NCBI GenBank assembly: GCA_004431415.1
Contig: QPMI01000601.1
Span: 248,001-312,000, forward strand
Origin: Cyanophora paradoxa CCMP329
Lineage: Eukaryota > Plantae > Glaucophyta
Reading direction: 5' to 3'
DNA: 64,000 bases
The notes below the pieces were generated by a model. The model was given only the letters and a program-made list of their open reading frames with translations. It had not been told where the DNA came from and made no database searches. Position 1 is the stretch's first letter. Every line of letters begins with the position of its first letter. A program made the translations under genes and the position numbers. Shown piece after piece: positions 59,373-64,000 of this stretch.

Positions 59373-62300
59373 TCAGGGGTGGAGGGCGGCGAGGGCGCGC
59401 TGGGCGGCGCGCTCGCGGCGGCGGGCGGCGAGGCGCTCGTCGACGGCGGCGCGGGCGGCGGCGAGGCGGGCGGCGAGGGCGGCGAGGTCGGCCCCCGAGA
59501 GGCCCTCCAGTACGCGCGCCCCGGCGCCGGCCTCGCCCTCCTCCACCAGCGCCCGCGCCGCCTCCCCGAGCGGCCCGGGCGCCCCGCGGAGCGCCCCCGC
59601 CTCCGCCCCGGGCGCCCCCGCCCCCTCCGCCTCCTCCTCCTCCTCGAGGGACGCCAGCACGAGCTCGAGGAGGGGGTGCGCCCCCGGTCCTCCTCCTCCT
59701 CCTCCTCCGCGCCGCCCCGCCGCGCCGCCGCGGGGCCCCGCCCCGCCCTCCCCGTCCCCCTCGCCCCCGCCTCGCCCTGCGCCGCCTCCGGCCGCCGCAG
59801 CGACCTCCGCTGCCGCGCCGCTCAGCGGGCGAGGAGGCGGGGAAGCGGGGGGGCGGGGCGCGCACGCGGGCGGCGTGGAGGGGCGGAGGGCCCCCGTCGT
59901 CGCTGCGGGAGGCCGGCGGGGGGCTCGCCGACGGCGGCACCCCCGGCGCCGGGTTCTCGGGCGGGATCTGCGCGCGTACCCCCGATCCCGGTCACGCGGG
60001 GCGCGCGCTGAGCGAGCCGCTCGACTCGGAAGCGAGTACGTACGATGCCGTCGCTGGGCGCTGCGGGGCGGAGGGCGAGGGTTAGCTTGGGGATGCGGGG
60101 GCGGACCCCGAGGGGGTACGGGGCGGCACCGAAGGGGGCGTAGTCGGCGAGGGGGATACCGAGCTGCTCGGCGACGAGGAGGACCTGATACCCCCAGGCG
60201 TCAGGGGCACGGGCGCGATTTGAGCTCGCCGGCCCTGCGCGGAGGCCGGACGCGGGCGGACCTGGCGCTTGCCCATGCCGCTCAGCCCGTTGCTCCCCTG
60301 CTTCACGAACTGCAGGACCGGGGTTCGCTACGGGGGGTGGGGACCGGCGGGGGTACGCGCCTTGAAGCGGTTCTGGGTGTACTCGGGCGTGTTCGTGATC
60401 GCGGCGCTGGGGGTACGGTGTCAGCGGGGCGGGGGCGGCGGGGAGGGGGGCGGAGCGCGCTAGAGGGCGTTGCGGGAGGCCTCCCAGGCGCTGATGCGGC
60501 GCCCGGTGCGGCTGTGGAAGGTCGCCTGGCCCGCCGGCGCCCGCCGCGGCACCCCCGAGGGCGTACCCCCCGCCGAGCTCGACGGCGAGGGGGGCCGGGG
60601 CGGCGGGGGGGCGGCGCCGCCGGAGGGGTAGGGGGAGACGCCGCCGGAGGCCGGCCCGACGGCTGCTGCGGCAGCGGAGGCGGAGCGGGAGGGGCGGAAG
60701 CCGCGCGGGGCGGAGTCAAAGGGGGTAGGGGAGGAGGCGGTGGAGGAGGGGGGCGAGGGGCCGGCGGAGGGCCCCGCGGAGGCCCCGGGGGAGGAGCCGT
60801 ACGCCTCCCTCGCCAGCGCCCTCTGGGGCGGAGTGAGCCGCGGCGAGGCGGTACCCCCCTTCGAACAGCGTACCCGGAGGGTCTCGCGGTCGGACTGGAA
60901 GGCGAGGGTGGGGAGGAGGGCCGCCAGGTCGAGCCCCAGGGCCTTCGCGATCTGCGCGCGCGGTACCCCCGTCGGACGGAGCGGGACGCGGTACCCCACC
61001 TTCCCTCCAACCCGCCGCGCACGTCGATCCACTGCTCGGTTCGGACGTCCTTCGTCTGGCGGCGGTACGAAAGTCAGGCTAGGGCAGGAGGTACGGTGGG
61101 GGCGAGGCGGGGCGGGAGAGGCGCACCTGGGTGCCGTGGAGGAAGCGCTGCCGGTTGGCGTTGAACGAGTCGTGCCTGAGGCAGAGCTTCCGGACCTGGG
61201 AGGGGGGGGGGGGGGGGAGGGGGGGGAAGTCGGGGGTGCGCCGGCGAAGGAAGAAGGGAGGGGGTTACGCACGATGTCGCGGAGGCGGGGCTGGCCCTCT
61301 TTGGGTGGGGCGGCGGGGCGGCGGGGGCGGCGGGGCCCTGCGCGGGGCCCCAGAGGCGGGCTCGCCCTCCTGGGGCCCCGGGGCCCTCCCGCGGCCGCTT
61401 TCGCGGCTCTTCCGCTGTTGGCGCGAGCGCTCAGAGACGCGGCACGGAGGGGAAGGGGAGGGTGGGGGCGGACCCGGCGGGTCGTCGGCGGGCCGCTTGG
61501 GCGGGCGGGCGTCGGGGCCGGCGGAGGCGGCGGAGGCGAGGGAGGTGGAGCAGAGGGCCGGCTCCTCGAGCTTGAGGGGCGCGAAGCAGAGCGAGGGCGA
61601 GAAGGCCAGCGGCAGCGGCAGCGCCGCTGGAAGCGCCATCCCCGCCGCCCCAACCGCCAGCGCTCCGGGGACCGCCGGTGCCGCGGGTCCCGCCGGCTGC
61701 TCGGGAGGCGGGGCCGGGGCGGGGGCGGAGGCAGGGGCCCGCTCGGGGCGCGCTCGGGGGGCGCTCGGGGGTGGAGGCGTGCGGCTGCTCAGCGCGCTGG
61801 GGCGTGCGGCCGGCGGGGGAGGAGGGCGCGGATGGCCCGTCGTCCCCGCCGGGCCCCCGCCGGGCCGCTTCTTGAGGGGCACGCGCGTGGGCTTCTCCTG
61901 GCGCCCCTGCCCGAGAAGCTCGGCGTAGGAGAGGCCCTGCGGCCCCGCCCCGGGTCCCGGGCCCCCGACGAGGGCGAGCCGACCCCGTGCCCGCTGCCGC
62001 TCCGGTCGAGCCCGCCGCCGCGCTCCCTGTCCCGCTCGCGCTCGCGCTCGCGCTCGCGCTCGCCGCCGGGGCCCATCCCGAGGCTCGCGAGGAGGCCGGA
62101 GTTCTTCGCCAGCAGCTGCGCGTGCGCGGCGGCCTCGGCGGAGGCGGCGGGGCGGGGCGGGGCGGGGCGGGGCGGGGCGGGCCTCGTGCTTCTCGGCGTC
62201 GGTGGCGCCGCCGAGGAGGCGGAGGCGGCTGGAGGCGGCGGCCATCGAGTCGACGCGGGCGGAGATCTGCTCGAGGGTGCGGAACTGGGAGCACCACTCG

Positions 62301-62680
62301 TCGATCTCACCGCTGCTCGGCGAGTCGTCCGAGATGGCGCTCAGCGGCACCTGCCGCTCCCCCCGCGCCGTCCGGATCTGCAGCTGCAGCCGCGAGCGCA
62401 CGCCCCGCTCCACCATGTAGTCCCGGTCGAGGGCGGAGCAGCCCGTCACCTCTCCGATCTCGCAGCGCAGCCCGAAGACCATCCGAACGCCGCACTTCGG
62501 CACCGAGCACGCGAAGAGCGCCTGGGCGTCGCGTGGCGTTCAAAATCGGCCACTGGATGGGACCGGGGGTGGCTGAGCTCGCATGCACACCTGGCTCTCG
62601 ATCAGCAAAGGAACGAGCTCCGCCTTGAGGACGATTACAGCCCGCAGTTCCGATGCCAGCTGGGAGCTGACGACCGCCAT
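59373..62680 (-). CDS. Protein with N-terminal Plus3-like domain, low-complexity middle and coiled-coil C-terminus
   Basis: ELRAVIVLKAELVPLL|ALFACSVPKCGVRM..RCEIGEVTG..DYMVE..RLQLQI..VPLSAISDDSPSSGEIDEW follows the Plus3 (Rtf1) motif pattern by eye. Confidence 0.65.
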
Positions 62681-62833
62681 GACCACGCTCGAATGCCGGG
62701 CGGCGCGTCTACCTTTCTTTCAGCACGATTTCGAGTCACGCGCGCTCGATTCTCGAAGTGCAGAGGCTCGTCCGGCTCGGCGGGCCAGCTGGCGTCCCTC
62801 TCCGAGCTAGCCACGGGCGTTCGGGTACCTCGG

Positions 62834-63573
62834 ATGAGCTTCCAGGCGGAATTGCAAGGCTGGGGATCGGCCGGGTCGGCCGCGCCGCCCTCCAACTGCC
62901 GGGTACAGAGCCTAACAGGGCTGTTCGGGGAGTACAGCACTGCGGCAGGCTCGTCGGACCAAGCACCCCGGCCCCAACCCCCCAGCTGCAGCCTAGTTCG
63001 TTTCTTTGAATCCCGTTCCTTGCACGATGTTTCTCCAGAATTTCATCAACTCCACTGCTGGCGGGCTCGACGCCATTGCCAAGAATGGAGGTCCGTCAGA
63101 GTACACGCCGGAGGCCGCGGCGGCGGACAGCAGCTATTTCAGCAGCTATTTCGGTGGCAGCTATTTCCTGCCGGTATTCGCCTCGAACCCCTTAAGCTAG
63201 TCGCTTTAACGGCTTCGGTTTTTCATTACGGCGTTCCGATCGCAGTCTGGCGGCGGCCGCGTCTTCAACAAGCACATGGAGCTCACTCGCTCGAACGCCA
63301 GCCAGGTACTTTGGCTGCTGGCTTCGTCTCCTCCTTGGTCACGCACGCGTACGCGTACGGCAGGTCGACGACACGAGCCAGGCGGTGGACGACGGCGACG
63401 CGGTCCTGCCCGACGGTCTCTTCGTGGAGGGCAACGCGGAGCTCCTCGAGTTCGACGCCGACGAGCTCCTCCAGGCCGAGGTGCACTTCATTTCATGCGA
63501 GGGAGCGTGTGCGTTTGCGTGCGTGACGCGGGCCGCAACGCAGGCCGTCCAGTCCTTCGACCAGGAGCTGTAG
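62834..63573 (+). CDS. Hypothetical small protein
   Basis: ATG at 62834 divergent from the Plus3 gene. Acidic exon DDGDAVLPDGLFVEGNAELLEFDADELLQAE and a GT-AG intron before the stop. Confidence 0.4.
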
Positions 63574-64000
63574 GCAGAACTTCGGAACGCTTGGCGCTGC
63601 CGAGCGCGATCGCCAGCCAGCTTCTAGATAGGATGGTATGTATCTTATAAAACTTATTGACTGTTATTGCGGTTATGGCGAGCCTCGGAGCTCGAGGGCG
63701 CTCGGGTTCCGCCCCGCCCCCGGCGGACCTTGAGCTTCCCGATATACATCGATTGCTGGCCCTTTTCAACCGAGGCCCTGAGGCTGAGGATCGCGCGCGT
63801 ATATACGTACGCGTGCACTCCCGGCCCGACGCCGACCCCGTGGGCCGGCTCTATATAGCTAGCTACCGGCCTGCAGCTGGCACGTTCCGATCCCTTCAGA
63901 GATGCGAGACAAAAGCCGAACATCGTTCACTTGAGTGCACTTTATTACCATACATATTCATTATAATTATAACTAGCTCTGATTAAGTAGGAACTTCACA

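Noticed and set aside
44655-62680. Functional chromatin module of chromodomain, H3-mimic and Plus3 genes
   Set aside because: They are interspersed with unrelated housekeeping genes, and proximity alone is not evidence in a eukaryote.
60740-63526. 928-aa plus-strand ORF and similar long ORFs (54103-56748, 54499-56601, 37873-39621)
   Set aside because: These are antisense or intron read-through frames caused by high GC. The real genes are spliced.

Overview
GC-rich eukaryotic nuclear DNA, probably an alga or protist. A glaucophyte such as Cyanophora is a reasonable guess from an MSF-type plastid transit peptide and dense short GC-rich introns, but this is inference only. Bases 1-25 kb are a transposon nest. 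It holds a TA-flanked TIR element containing a hAT-like TIR element, whose cargo gene is split by a 5'-truncated APE-RT-RNase H LINE with a 16-bp TSD. It also holds a G4-type minisatellite, a CACTG element with a 3-bp TSD, decayed Myb/coiled-coil exons and a DIRS-type tyrosine-recombinase retrotransposon. Bases 26-64 kb are compact, intron-rich host genes in near-alternating orientation: RluD-like pseudouridine synthase, UMF1/Atg22 transporter, ATG7, scramblase, chromodomain protein, IVD, F-box/LRR protein, triplicated Raw-like protein, RCC1 protein and Plus3 protein, plus a 1.6-kb inverted duplication. Three observations stand out. (1) The F-box/LRR protein carries an internal ubiquitin C-terminus (LRLRGG) fused directly to a histone H3 tail mimic (ARAKQTARKSTGGKAPRR), so cleavage would expose a free H3-like N-terminus. 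(2) A recurrent 6-bp insertion signature X-revcomp(X)-X (X = 3 bp) is directly visible by aligning the duplicated copies. (3) The DIRS element has gag and pol each preceded by an identical 161-bp repeat. Exon boundaries were read by eye and are approximate.
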